NCBI GenBank assembly: GCA_002730095.1
Contig: PBZE01000044.1
Location: 2,904 to 66,903, forward strand
Reading direction: 5' to 3'
DNA from: Methanobacteriota archaeon
GTDB lineage: Archaea > Thermoplasmatota > Poseidoniia > Poseidoniales > Thalassarchaeaceae
Length of the DNA stretch: 64,000 nucleotides
Position 1 is the stretch's first letter. Every line of letters begins with the position of its first letter. Made by a program: the position numbers and the translations under genes. Positions 1-8,639 of this stretch are shown one piece after another. A model generated the notes under the pieces. That model was not told the origin of the DNA and did not search any database. It worked only from the letters and a program-made list of their open reading frames with translations.

Positions 1-1
1 A

Positions 2-790
2 GCAGGCGATTTAGCATCAGAGGAAGGTGCTGAATTGGTAAGAGCCGAACATATTTCCAGAGCAAGAGCAATCGCGAAGCCCCTTGAGCAGCAAATCGCG
101 GATAGATACCTGGAAAGGCAGTCAGAGTATGCAATGCTGGTTAACAGGGGAGCTAGAGTTGGAAGGGTAAACGGATTAGCTGTCTTAGGGGCCGACAGCG
201 GACTATCCGATTTCTCAGGGGTAGTACTGCCGGTCGAAGCCATGGTCACCCCCTCGCAAGGTCGATCCGGCCAGGTTATAGCCACAGGGGGGCTATCTGA
301 TCTGGCTAAGGAGAGCGTAACCAACATTAGCGCCGTGGTGAAGAAGCTCACTGGCAAGGACATCAAAGACTTCGATCTGCATGTCCAGTTCCCCGGGACT
401 CACAATGTCGATGGGGATAGCGCTTCAATTACTATGGCTACAGCCATCATTAGCGCCTTTGAGGGAATCCCAATTGAGCAGAATCTGGCTATGACAGGTT
501 CCCTGTCAGTCCGAGGCGAGGTCCTTCCCATAGGTGGCGTAACGGCAAAAATTGAAGCTGCAGCTAAGGCTGGGATTGAGACTATAATTATCCCTCGGTC
601 AAATCTTCAAGATGTCTTAATAGACGAGAAATACGAATCAATGGTCGAGATTAAGCCAGTAGACTCTCTTGACGAGGTATTGCAATACGCCCTTGTTGGA
701 TCTGATGACAAGGTGAGCTTGGTCGAGAGACTGGCGAACGTCATAGATACGATTGATCTACTGTCCCAGGAACACAAATCTACTAGTTGA
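2..790 (+). CDS. lonB: Archaeal Lon protease (LonB), C-terminal proteolytic domain; 5' partial, runs off window start
   Basis: The frame is open from nt 2, with no stop before the listed ORF at 35. Lon S16 domain signatures are present: VNGLAVLG, HNVDGDSASITMATAIISA (catalytic Ser region) and MTGSLSVRGEVLPIGGVTAKIEAAAKAG (catalytic Lys region). Confidence 0.9.
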   Translation, partial: AGDLASEEGAELVRAEHISRARAIAKPLEQQIADRYLERQSEYAMLVNRGARVGRVNGLAVLGADSGLSDFSGVVLPVEAMVTPSQGRSGQVIATGGLSDLAKESVTNISAVVKKLTGKDIKDFDLHVQFPGTHNVDGDSASITMATAIISAFEGIPIEQNLAMTGSLSVRGEVLPIGGVTAKIEAAAKAGIETIIIPRSNLQDVLIDEKYESMVEIKPVDSLDEVLQYALVGSDDKVSLVERLANVIDTIDLLSQEHKSTS

Positions 791-834
791 ACGTTCTAAC
801 TTAAGTCCCACCTCTTCTACGCTCAGCGGGACTT

Positions 835-1629
835 ATGACGGCGAAGATGGCAGTGGTGGCTCACGGAGGGGCGGGGCCAGGTCCCGAAAGGCAAAGTAAC
901 TTGCAGGCTGCAGTAGATGCTGCCTCCAGATTACTCGTCTCAGGCGCATCCGCGGTGGAGGCCGCGGTGGAGGCCTGTGTTATCCTAGAGGATGATCCCG
1001 TATTCAATGCAGGAACTGGAGGTGTTTTCAGAATTGATGGCTCCGTACTCCTGGATGCATCAATACAGACAAGCGATGGTAGAGTAGGATTCGTTATTGC
1101 AATGCCAGATACTCCCAATCCGATCAAGGTCGCGGCAGACTTACTAGATGAGAACATCAATGGCTTGGCAGGTGAAGGAGCTAGGATTTGGGCCGATGAG
1201 AGGGGGCACCCCAAGCGTGAGGTAGAAGGAAGGGCGCCAATCGAAGGGGATGGGGATACAGTAGGCGTGATAGTTCGGGACTCTACGGGGTCAATGGCTT
1301 GTGCCACCAGTACCGGGGGATGCAGCCATAGGCCCCCTGGTAGGGTCGGGGATGTCCCCTTGCCCGGATCAGGTTTCTGGGTTAATGAGAGAATAGCAGT
1401 GGCAGCAACTGGAGAAGGGGAGGAAATTACGAGGGCCTTGCTCAGCTACAGGGTTGGCGAGATGGCTGATAGTGATGAGTGCCATTCTCTTGAGGATGCA
1501 ATGAAATGGGGGCTGGAAAAACTCATCCAAGGAAAGGCTCCGGTCGGCCTCATCGCGATATCAAGCGTAGGTCCCGGAGCAGGCCTATCGAATACGGAGA
1601 TGCCTTGGGCATCGTGGATAGAAGACTAG
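835..1629 (+). CDS. Isoaspartyl peptidase / plant-type L-asparaginase (Ntn hydrolase, Asparaginase_2 family)
   Basis: Motifs AVVAHGGAG, FNAGTGG, GDTVGVIV (autoprocessing Thr) and ATSTGG are typical of this family. Confidence 0.85.
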   Translation: MTAKMAVVAHGGAGPGPERQSNLQAAVDAASRLLVSGASAVEAAVEACVILEDDPVFNAGTGGVFRIDGSVLLDASIQTSDGRVGFVIAMPDTPNPIKVAADLLDENINGLAGEGARIWADERGHPKREVEGRAPIEGDGDTVGVIVRDSTGSMACATSTGGCSHRPPGRVGDVPLPGSGFWVNERIAVAATGEGEEITRALLSYRVGEMADSDECHSLEDAMKWGLEKLIQGKAPVGLIAISSVGPGAGLSNTEMPWASWIED

Positions 1630-1683
1630 CTTAGCGGGGATGTGCTTAAGGAGGGCCCTCAGCCCGCTTGACTCGGTGACCGC

Positions 1684-1962
1684 TTGTCAGACGTGGAGAC
1701 TAGGATTCAGCAAATAGCCCAGGTGTTGGGGCAGCTAGACGATACACAAGTGCCACGGAACATCAGGGCATCGGCAAAAGAGGCCGTGGACAACTGGCTT
1801 CTAAACAAGAATAAGGACATGGACGTCAGACTTGGCATGACTGCCTCGAAGCTAGATGAAATTTTCAACGACGCAAATCTTCCTATTCACTATGGTCCTC
1901 TATGCCTCCAGATACAGACAGCATTAGAGACCCTGATGTCAGAGCACAAAAGAAACAAGTGA
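1684..1962 (+). CDS. UPF0147-family small archaeal protein
   Basis: 92 aa. The pattern DDTQVPRNIRASAKEA...LDEI..DANLP resembles the conserved archaeal UPF0147 family. A TTG start is assumed. Confidence 0.6.
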   Translation: MSDVETRIQQIAQVLGQLDDTQVPRNIRASAKEAVDNWLLNKNKDMDVRLGMTASKLDEIFNDANLPIHYGPLCLQIQTALETLMSEHKRNK

Positions 1963-2227
1963 GATCAAGTCTTCCTTCTCTCAGCGGCCTTAGGCCTGAA
2001 GTTCTTGTAACCGCACTTCCTACACGAACCGGGCTTGCTGCCCCTGTGAGTAGCGGAGCACTTCATGCAAATCCACTTCTTCAGGAGCCTAGCCTCAGCC
2101 ACCGCGTGCCTCTGTGCCATATTGCCGCCGACCTACCAGACCTACATAACCGCTTCGCGAGAAATTCCTGTTCAGAAACCGGCAATACCTTCCAAAGCAT
2201 TCAAACACCCTCTGCACCGGACAACCC

Positions 2228-3577
2228 TTGTTGCCAGCCAGCGTAGTACTCGGAGCCCAGTGGGGGGATGAGGGCAAGGGCAAGGCCATAGATCAGCTAG
2301 CTAACGAGTCCAAGTGGGCTGTGAGGTTCCAGGGAGGGAACAATGCTGGCCACACAATTGTACTCGGGGACACGACTCTCAAGCTTCATCAGATCCCTTC
2401 TGGAGTCACATCTACAGATTGTAATTTGGTATTGGGCGACGGCATGGTAGTCGACCCATGGGTTCTGGAGGAGGAGCTTGATAGGTGGCACAAACTAACA
2501 GGTGAAAGGCCCGAGGGGAAGAGGCTATTCATCAGTGAGAGAGCATCTGTGATCTTGCCATTTCATAGAATGTATGACAGTGCGGATAGGGTCGTTGGCA
2601 CGACAGGTAGGGGAATTGGGCCAGCTTACAGGGATCGCATCGAGAGGGTGGGAATCAGATTTGTCGACATACCATTCGTTATTCAGGACCAAGATAAGAT
2701 TGATGAGACTGTTTCCAGGATGAATAAGCAGTTGGAATCCGTAGGGGTGAACGATAGTTTGGATAGAAATGAATTCGTCTCACAACTACAATGGATAATG
2801 GATAGATTCGGGGATTCAATCAGGCCTACCGGAGCAATGATTGACGAGGCACTGAATAATGGGGAGAATGTCCTACTCGAGGGTGCCCAAGGAGCCATGC
2901 TTGACATCGACCAAGGTACCTACCCATTTGTCACGTCTTCAGTCACTAGCAGGGCAAATGCTACTCATGGTGCCGGAATTCACCCAGGGCACGTGGAAAA
3001 TTGCTTTGGGATTTCTAAAGCTTACACGACAAGAGTTGGCAATGGGCCATTCCCGACAGAGCTACCGTATGAGGAAGGCCCGGGGCAACATATGGCCACG
3101 GTCGGACATGAGTTCGGAACAACTACTGGTAGGCCGAGAAGGACCGGCTGGCTCGACATGGTTTCCCTGAAAGACAGCCACAGGGTAAATGGCTACACGG
3201 GGATCGTTCTCACCAAGTTGGACGTACTTGGCGGACTAGACGAACTGAAGATATGCACCGGGTATGATTTGGATGGACAGATTATCCAGCACATGCCGAC
3301 AAGTAGTCAAGATCTTGCGAGATGTAAGCCTGTTTATGAGATACACAAAGGCTTCCCAGCTCTATCAGATGATGAATGGATAGAGATGGCTGAGCTCTCT
3401 AGATCCGAAAGGAGCGGCTTCGAGGTACTCCCCGAAACGGCTCTATCATATGTCAGGAGGATAGAAGATCTATCGGGGATTCCTATAGTAAGCATCGGCA
3501 TAGGTCCAGATAGAAGGGCATCAATAGCGAGTCTCAATGGGCCTTTCGACCTAGACCCAGAAGTGACAACGTTCTAA
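2228..3577 (+). CDS. purA: Adenylosuccinate synthetase
   Basis: N-terminal VVLGAQWGDEGKGK P-loop, FQGGNNAGHT, GTTGRGIGPAY, and GTTTGRPRRTGWLD near the C-terminal half. Non-ATG (TTG) start. Confidence 0.95.
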   Translation: MLPASVVLGAQWGDEGKGKAIDQLANESKWAVRFQGGNNAGHTIVLGDTTLKLHQIPSGVTSTDCNLVLGDGMVVDPWVLEEELDRWHKLTGERPEGKRLFISERASVILPFHRMYDSADRVVGTTGRGIGPAYRDRIERVGIRFVDIPFVIQDQDKIDETVSRMNKQLESVGVNDSLDRNEFVSQLQWIMDRFGDSIRPTGAMIDEALNNGENVLLEGAQGAMLDIDQGTYPFVTSSVTSRANATHGAGIHPGHVENCFGISKAYTTRVGNGPFPTELPYEEGPGQHMATVGHEFGTTTGRPRRTGWLDMVSLKDSHRVNGYTGIVLTKLDVLGGLDELKICTGYDLDGQIIQHMPTSSQDLARCKPVYEIHKGFPALSDDEWIEMAELSRSERSGFEVLPETALSYVRRIEDLSGIPIVSIGIGPDRRASIASLNGPFDLDPEVTTF

Positions 3578-3600
3578 TTTACCAGCTGTGACGGACGTGT

Positions 3601-3885
3601 ATGGGTTTCAAGTCCAACGCCCGAAAGAGAAGAGATGAATCAGCTGCCTCTGTAGACTCGAAGAAGTCCGAAGAGGAATACATAGGTCAGGTGAAATGTG
3701 ATGTCGCCGGTTGCAATAATTGGGCTGACAAGAAGGTCGGTGGAAGGAAGCTTGCATTCGACAGAGCTGCAGATGTATGGGGCGAGTCTGGATTGAGCAG
3801 GGACTCGAGAAGAATCACGGTCTGCAAATCCTGCTACCGCGCATGGAAGAAGGCGAAGAAGGACGAGCCCACGGAATGGTCCTAA
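3601..3885 (+). CDS. Hypothetical small basic protein with a putative zinc-binding Cys pair set
   Basis: 94 aa with a basic N-terminus. Contains CDVAGC ... CKSC (Cx4C / CxxC). No family recognised. Confidence 0.45.
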   Translation: MGFKSNARKRRDESAASVDSKKSEEEYIGQVKCDVAGCNNWADKKVGGRKLAFDRAADVWGESGLSRDSRRITVCKSCYRAWKKAKKDEPTEWS

Positions 3886-3902
3886 TCTGAAGTGATGACG
3901 GT

Positions 3903-4505
3903 ATGAACGAAGAGATTGGCAGTAGAATCGCCTCGTTGTTTTTCGGCTTGTTCATGTTCTTCTTTGGATTGCCCTTCACACTAGTGCCTTTCCTGATCTT
4001 CAGCGATGGCGCCATCGACATAAACTACCCATTCGAATCGTTGTTCATGATAGCTTTCACGATACCATTCTTGATGGCAGGCCTCTTTGTTCAATTCATG
4101 GCTCTTGGTCTGATAAGGGCAGGGATGAGTGGCACTGTAGACCCGACCTCAATTCCTAGAGAACTTCCCCCAGGTCCCGACGCATTATCGATTACTGAGC
4201 ACCCCGACCAATCATACATCGGCGAGTACCTCAGACAGCCAGAAGCAATAAACGGGAGAGATTGGTACAAGAAACCAGCTGAGACGAAACGACTTTACTA
4301 TTATGCTCAAAATCAAGGAGGCTCAGCTGGTTGGAGTCTAGATGACCGAGAGGACGCAGGTTCTAGGGATTGGTTCGACGGTGGGTGGCTGCCCTACAAG
4401 GGGTTCGAGATCCCCCTGGGGAGGAAGCAATGGAATGTCGATGACGGCAAGTGGGTCTCCATCGAGGAATCTGAGCCTACGGACGTTAAGAAGTGGTGGC
4501 AATAG
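3903..4505 (+). CDS. Hypothetical membrane protein
   Basis: N-terminal hydrophobic helices (IASLFFGLFMFFFGLPFTLVPFLIF, MIAFTIPFLMAGLFVQFMALGLI) followed by a Trp-rich soluble tail. No family recognised. Confidence 0.5.
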   Translation: MNEEIGSRIASLFFGLFMFFFGLPFTLVPFLIFSDGAIDINYPFESLFMIAFTIPFLMAGLFVQFMALGLIRAGMSGTVDPTSIPRELPPGPDALSITEHPDQSYIGEYLRQPEAINGRDWYKKPAETKRLYYYAQNQGGSAGWSLDDREDAGSRDWFDGGWLPYKGFEIPLGRKQWNVDDGKWVSIEESEPTDVKKWWQ

Positions 4506-4565
4506 ACAAAATCTGCCATATCCCCAAACAGTAACAATGTTAGATGGGCCTCACTAGCGGGCACC

Positions 4566-6185
4566 ATGTCTGAGCACCCCAAGAATGAGCCGATACTGGG
4601 ATATGCACCCGGGAGCCCCGAGAGAGCCTCTATGGTAGCAGAGTTAGATAGGCAGATGTCAGAGGTCATAGAGATTCCCTGCATCATCAATGGAGAGGAA
4701 GTTTTCACCGGGGTCACAGTGCAACAGGTTATCCCGCACAGGCACGGACACGTTCTCGCCAATGTCCACCTGGCTGGCAGGGAAGAAATCGAATCCGCCT
4801 GTTCCGCCGCCGTGGAAGCTCAGAAATCTTGGATAGACATCGGCCTCGAGGAGAGATGCAAGATTTTCGAGAGGTGTGCCGATCTCCTCGCAGGAGAATG
4901 GAGAATGAGGGTCAACGCGTCAACAATGCTAAACCAATCCAAGACAGTTTTCCAGGCAGAGATTGACTCTGCCTGTGAGCTCATCGACTTCTGGAGGTTC
5001 AACTGCCATTATGCCAGGGGGTTCCATGATGATTTCCAGCCATTAGTCTCTCCCGAGGGAATTCTGAACTCGACAGAGATCAGGCCACTGGAGGGCTTCG
5101 TACTCTCAATCACACCATTCAACTTCACGAGCATTGCAGCAAACCTGCCAAGTGCGCCTGCAATAGTGGGTTGCACCAGTGTCTGGAAGCCCAGCAGGAA
5201 CTCGTACTACTCAAATTACTTCCTCATGAGACTAATGATGGAAGCCGGACTGCCTCCGGGGGTGATCAACTTCATTCCCGGATCTGGGGCCGAGATAACT
5301 GAAATAGCGCTTTCGAACTCGGATTTTGCAGGACTTCACTTCACTGGGTCTACAGCTACCTTCCAAGGCCTATGGCAGGAAATCGGGCTAGCCCTTCCGA
5401 AGCTCAATTCATATCCTCGAATTGTAGGCGAAACAGGGGGAAAGGACTTCATCGTCGCACATCCAGACTGCGATAGGAGGGGACTAGTCGTAGCTTTGCT
5501 AAGGGGCGCGTTCGAATACCAGGGGCAGAAGTGCTCAGCAGCCAGCCGCGCATACATCCCCAAGTCAGTATGGGGGGAGATATCGGATGAACTATCAGAT
5601 GAGATTGGAAAGATTACAATGGGCGATGCTAGAGACTTCACTAACTTCATGACCGCTGTGATAGACAAGAGAGCGTTCGACAAGATATCCGGATACATCC
5701 AAAGGGCCTCGGAAAGAGACTCCTGCAAGGTATTCTGCGGTGGCGGATATGACGACACTGTGGGCTACTTCATCGAGCCAACAGTTATCCTCACCGAAGA
5801 TCCCAATTCAGAGTCCATGATCGAGGAAATCTTCGGCCCGGTCCTGACAGTGTACCTATACGAAGACAACGAATTCGATGCGATTCTGAAAATATGTGAC
5901 GAGGCTTCCCCATATGCCCTAACTGGCTCAATCTTCTCGGCCAATGAGGAGAACATACAGAAGGCATTCGAGGCACTTCGATTCACTGCTGGAAACTTCT
6001 ACATCAATGACAAGCCAACCGGTGCGGTGGTTGCACAGCAACCCTTCGGAGGCGCAAGAGCGTCAGGGACCAACGACAAAGCAGGCGGTCCTCTGAACCT
6101 ACTTAGGTGGATAAGCCCAAGATCAGTCAAGAGAACCCTCGAGCCTCCCCAGGATTGGACCTACCCGTTCATGCAACAAGATTGA
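4566..6185 (+). CDS. 1-pyrroline-5-carboxylate (L-glutamate gamma-semialdehyde) dehydrogenase, ALDH4-type aldehyde dehydrogenase
   Basis: Aldehyde dehydrogenase motifs FTGSTATF, ETGGKDF and EYQGQKCSAASR (catalytic Cys). The long N-terminal region with EPILGYAPGSPER is typical of P5CDH. Confidence 0.85.
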   Translation: MSEHPKNEPILGYAPGSPERASMVAELDRQMSEVIEIPCIINGEEVFTGVTVQQVIPHRHGHVLANVHLAGREEIESACSAAVEAQKSWIDIGLEERCKIFERCADLLAGEWRMRVNASTMLNQSKTVFQAEIDSACELIDFWRFNCHYARGFHDDFQPLVSPEGILNSTEIRPLEGFVLSITPFNFTSIAANLPSAPAIVGCTSVWKPSRNSYYSNYFLMRLMMEAGLPPGVINFIPGSGAEITEIALSNSDFAGLHFTGSTATFQGLWQEIGLALPKLNSYPRIVGETGGKDFIVAHPDCDRRGLVVALLRGAFEYQGQKCSAASRAYIPKSVWGEISDELSDEIGKITMGDARDFTNFMTAVIDKRAFDKISGYIQRASERDSCKVFCGGGYDDTVGYFIEPTVILTEDPNSESMIEEIFGPVLTVYLYEDNEFDAILKICDEASPYALTGSIFSANEENIQKAFEALRFTAGNFYINDKPTGAVVAQQPFGGARASGTNDKAGGPLNLLRWISPRSVKRTLEPPQDWTYPFMQQD

Positions 6186-6305
6186 CTTAGTCAAAGTTAA
6201 TTTAGCCGACCAGACAGGGAAAGTCACTGGGGAGCATTTGCTGAGAGGCCACCTAGTGTGGCGACCCATGGACCTGATCTGGGTAATGCCAGCGGAGGAA
6301 GAGAA

Positions 6306-7772
6306 ATGGACACGAACGTCGCATACGGATTGATGATTGCAACGCTTGGTATCTTTGGATACATCGCATACCAAGCAACGAACGATGAGGAAATAGGGGC
6401 TGATGAGTACCTCTCAGCTAGAGGATCTCAGGATTGGCTCAGAATAGGGCTGAGCCTGTTCGCTTCAGGGATGGGGGTCTGGGTACTACTCACACCGTCC
6501 GAGGTGGCTTACTACGGCGGATTCTGGGATGTCATGGGTTATGCGGCATCAGCGGCAACCCCCTTCCTACTTCTTGCATACGTGGGGCCCATGATCAGGG
6601 AAAGACTCCCACAAGGGGTCACCCTTGCTGACTATGCAAAACACAGACTCGGCCGTCCAATGCAGGTATATGTGGGCGTGATATCGATACTCTACATGTT
6701 CACCTTCCTCTTCGCAGAATTCACAGCGATCGGGAAGGCCATGGAGCACCTAGTCGGGATGGACCCATTGATGCCCATGATTTTCGTCGGTCTGGTAACT
6801 GCCGCCTACACAGCTTACGGGGGCCTCCCAGCATCTCTGGCAACAGATAGGATACAGGCGTGGGCGATCGTTCTTTTTGTGACGGTACTGATGGTACTAC
6901 TCTTCGGTTTCGATATGGGACAGCTAGTGGATGATGCTAGGGCTTACAACACGGATGATGACTGGTCGTTACTCGGGAGCATGGATTACATGGGCTCCTT
7001 CGAGTCAGGACTGGCACTAGTCGTCGCCATAACCGCAGCGGAGATGTTCTCCCAAGGGAACTGGCAGAGGGCCTATGCCTCCAAGGACGATGACGCGCTC
7101 AAGAGAGGGGCGCTCCTAGCTGCGGGAATGGTCTTCCCCCTGGTCTTCGTCATGGGGGTCCTGGGGACCGTAGCCGCTGGCCAGGGAGGGGTATCAGACC
7201 CATCTCTGGCATTCTTCCACCTGATCGACAAGGGGGACACTCTGATAGTAGGAGCATTCGTCATCCTCGTGATTTCCCTAGTCTGCTCCAGCACGGATAC
7301 CCTTCAGAATGCGATAGTTGCTTCTGTCTCAAGGGATTTATCCGATGGTGAGGTGGACCTACAAATATCGCGTGCAATCACGCTGTCAATGTTGCCTGTA
7401 GCGATCTACCTCGCAACAGGCCCGACCGTTGCGGGCTTCGAATTCAATGCGTGGAGCGTTTTCGGCATATTCCTCTTTGCAGACATACTGGCCGCGGCCA
7501 CAGTCGCACCCGTCCTACTCACACTCTGGAAAGGAGTCTCCTCGAGAGGGGCATTGCTAGGGTGCTTTGCCGGATTAGCGTCTGTAGCCATGTATGGCCT
7601 AGTCGAACCACCTCCAAACTCGGAGTTCTACATGTATCTGTTCCATCCAACCATAGATGCGACCCCCGCACTCGAAGGAGGACTGACCAATCTCTGGCCA
7701 TTCGTCTATGCCATCGTCGGGTCCGCCCTGGTTACAGTTCTAGGGTCGAAAGCACTTCCCGATGAAAATTGA
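6306..7772 (+). CDS. Sodium:solute symporter family (SSS) transporter
   Basis: Polytopic membrane protein with about 13 hydrophobic segments. AYGGLPASLATDRIQ resembles the SSS signature. It lies directly downstream of P5C dehydrogenase. The start is uncertain: GTG at 6258 or ATG at 6306. Confidence 0.7.
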   Translation: MDTNVAYGLMIATLGIFGYIAYQATNDEEIGADEYLSARGSQDWLRIGLSLFASGMGVWVLLTPSEVAYYGGFWDVMGYAASAATPFLLLAYVGPMIRERLPQGVTLADYAKHRLGRPMQVYVGVISILYMFTFLFAEFTAIGKAMEHLVGMDPLMPMIFVGLVTAAYTAYGGLPASLATDRIQAWAIVLFVTVLMVLLFGFDMGQLVDDARAYNTDDDWSLLGSMDYMGSFESGLALVVAITAAEMFSQGNWQRAYASKDDDALKRGALLAAGMVFPLVFVMGVLGTVAAGQGGVSDPSLAFFHLIDKGDTLIVGAFVILVISLVCSSTDTLQNAIVASVSRDLSDGEVDLQISRAITLSMLPVAIYLATGPTVAGFEFNAWSVFGIFLFADILAAATVAPVLLTLWKGVSSRGALLGCFAGLASVAMYGLVEPPPNSEFYMYLFHPTIDATPALEGGLTNLWPFVYAIVGSALVTVLGSKALPDEN

Positions 7773-8604
7773 TAATCGCTTAATTCATGACCTAGTTATA
7801 TCTAGGAAAGGCATGGATGACAGCGCCCCATTGAAGATATTGAGACCTTGGAGGGATGTCTGGAGACCGATCTGGTCACGCAGGGAGTCACTGGGGGGAT
7901 TCTCATTCCTCATCTCCATCTTCTTCGTTGGAATGTTCTCCATAGGTGCTCCCTACTTCATCTCGAACAACATCGCGGCGCACTACCTCGAAACAGTGTG
8001 GGATCCCGAGATTGCCCTGGACAGGAGCCTTCCTGTGATCAACTGGCTGATTATCCCCTATGTTGCACTATACCTGTTCTACCCCGCAACACTGGCCCTG
8101 GCCCCCAGGGACGACAGGGGGAGAATGGAGCTGGCACTGGGCGTCCAGGGCCTGTTCATGGCCACGATGTTCTGCGTGCTTTTCTTCCTCCTTCTGCCAG
8201 CTGAGATAGACCTCAGGGACCAGTTGGACACGCACTGGGAGACCAATCCTCCGAACTGGCTGGAGGAGGCGCTGTTCACGTTTATACACGTCTCTGACAA
8301 CCCATGGAACGCTTGGCCCAGCCTCCACATCGTCCACTCCACCCTTCTGGCCAGACTCATCACGCACTGGGTCCAGAGGGATCATCACGAGAGTCGTTTC
8401 GCCAAGCCCTTCTTGGTACTCCTCTGGGTCGAGTGGGCACTGCTCTGTGTCAGCATCCTGGCTACGAAGCAACACTATCTGTTCGATCTCGTCACAGGGT
8501 TGGTAGTCGCTTTCGTATTCTGGAGGATGTTCATCAGGGTCATCGACATGGTCGAAGAGAGCGGTCCCGACAAACTCGCATCCGAGTCAGGCTGGAGCGA
8601 CTAG
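7762..8604 (+). CDS. PAP2-superfamily (PAP2_3 / inositol-phosphotransferase-like) membrane protein
   Basis: Multi-pass membrane protein carrying WPSLHIVHS and TKQHYLFDLVTG (HxxxD), which resemble the PAP2 C2/C3 motifs. The start is uncertain: 7762 or 7813. Confidence 0.5.
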   Translation: MKIDNRLIHDLVISRKGMDDSAPLKILRPWRDVWRPIWSRRESLGGFSFLISIFFVGMFSIGAPYFISNNIAAHYLETVWDPEIALDRSLPVINWLIIPYVALYLFYPATLALAPRDDRGRMELALGVQGLFMATMFCVLFFLLLPAEIDLRDQLDTHWETNPPNWLEEALFTFIHVSDNPWNAWPSLHIVHSTLLARLITHWVQRDHHESRFAKPFLVLLWVEWALLCVSILATKQHYLFDLVTGLVVAFVFWRMFIRVIDMVEESGPDKLASESGWSD

Positions 8605-8639
8605 TATCAGTTCCTCCATCGTTACAAGTCCAAGATGAA

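Noticed and set aside
861-1307. 148-aa ORF antisense to the asparaginase gene
   Set aside because: It has an Ala/Ser/Pro-rich low-complexity translation typical of the reverse frame of a real gene. It lies fully inside a well-supported CDS.
1930-2001. Possible box C/D sRNA (TGATGT near 1935, CTGA near 1996)
   Set aside because: The C box is imperfect and lies inside the UPF0147 coding sequence. No C'/D' boxes or terminal stem were found.
1963-2227. Purine, ZTP or TPP riboswitch upstream of purA
   Set aside because: None of the conserved core sequences of these riboswitch classes, as I remember them, are present. The region is kept only as an unexplained spacer.
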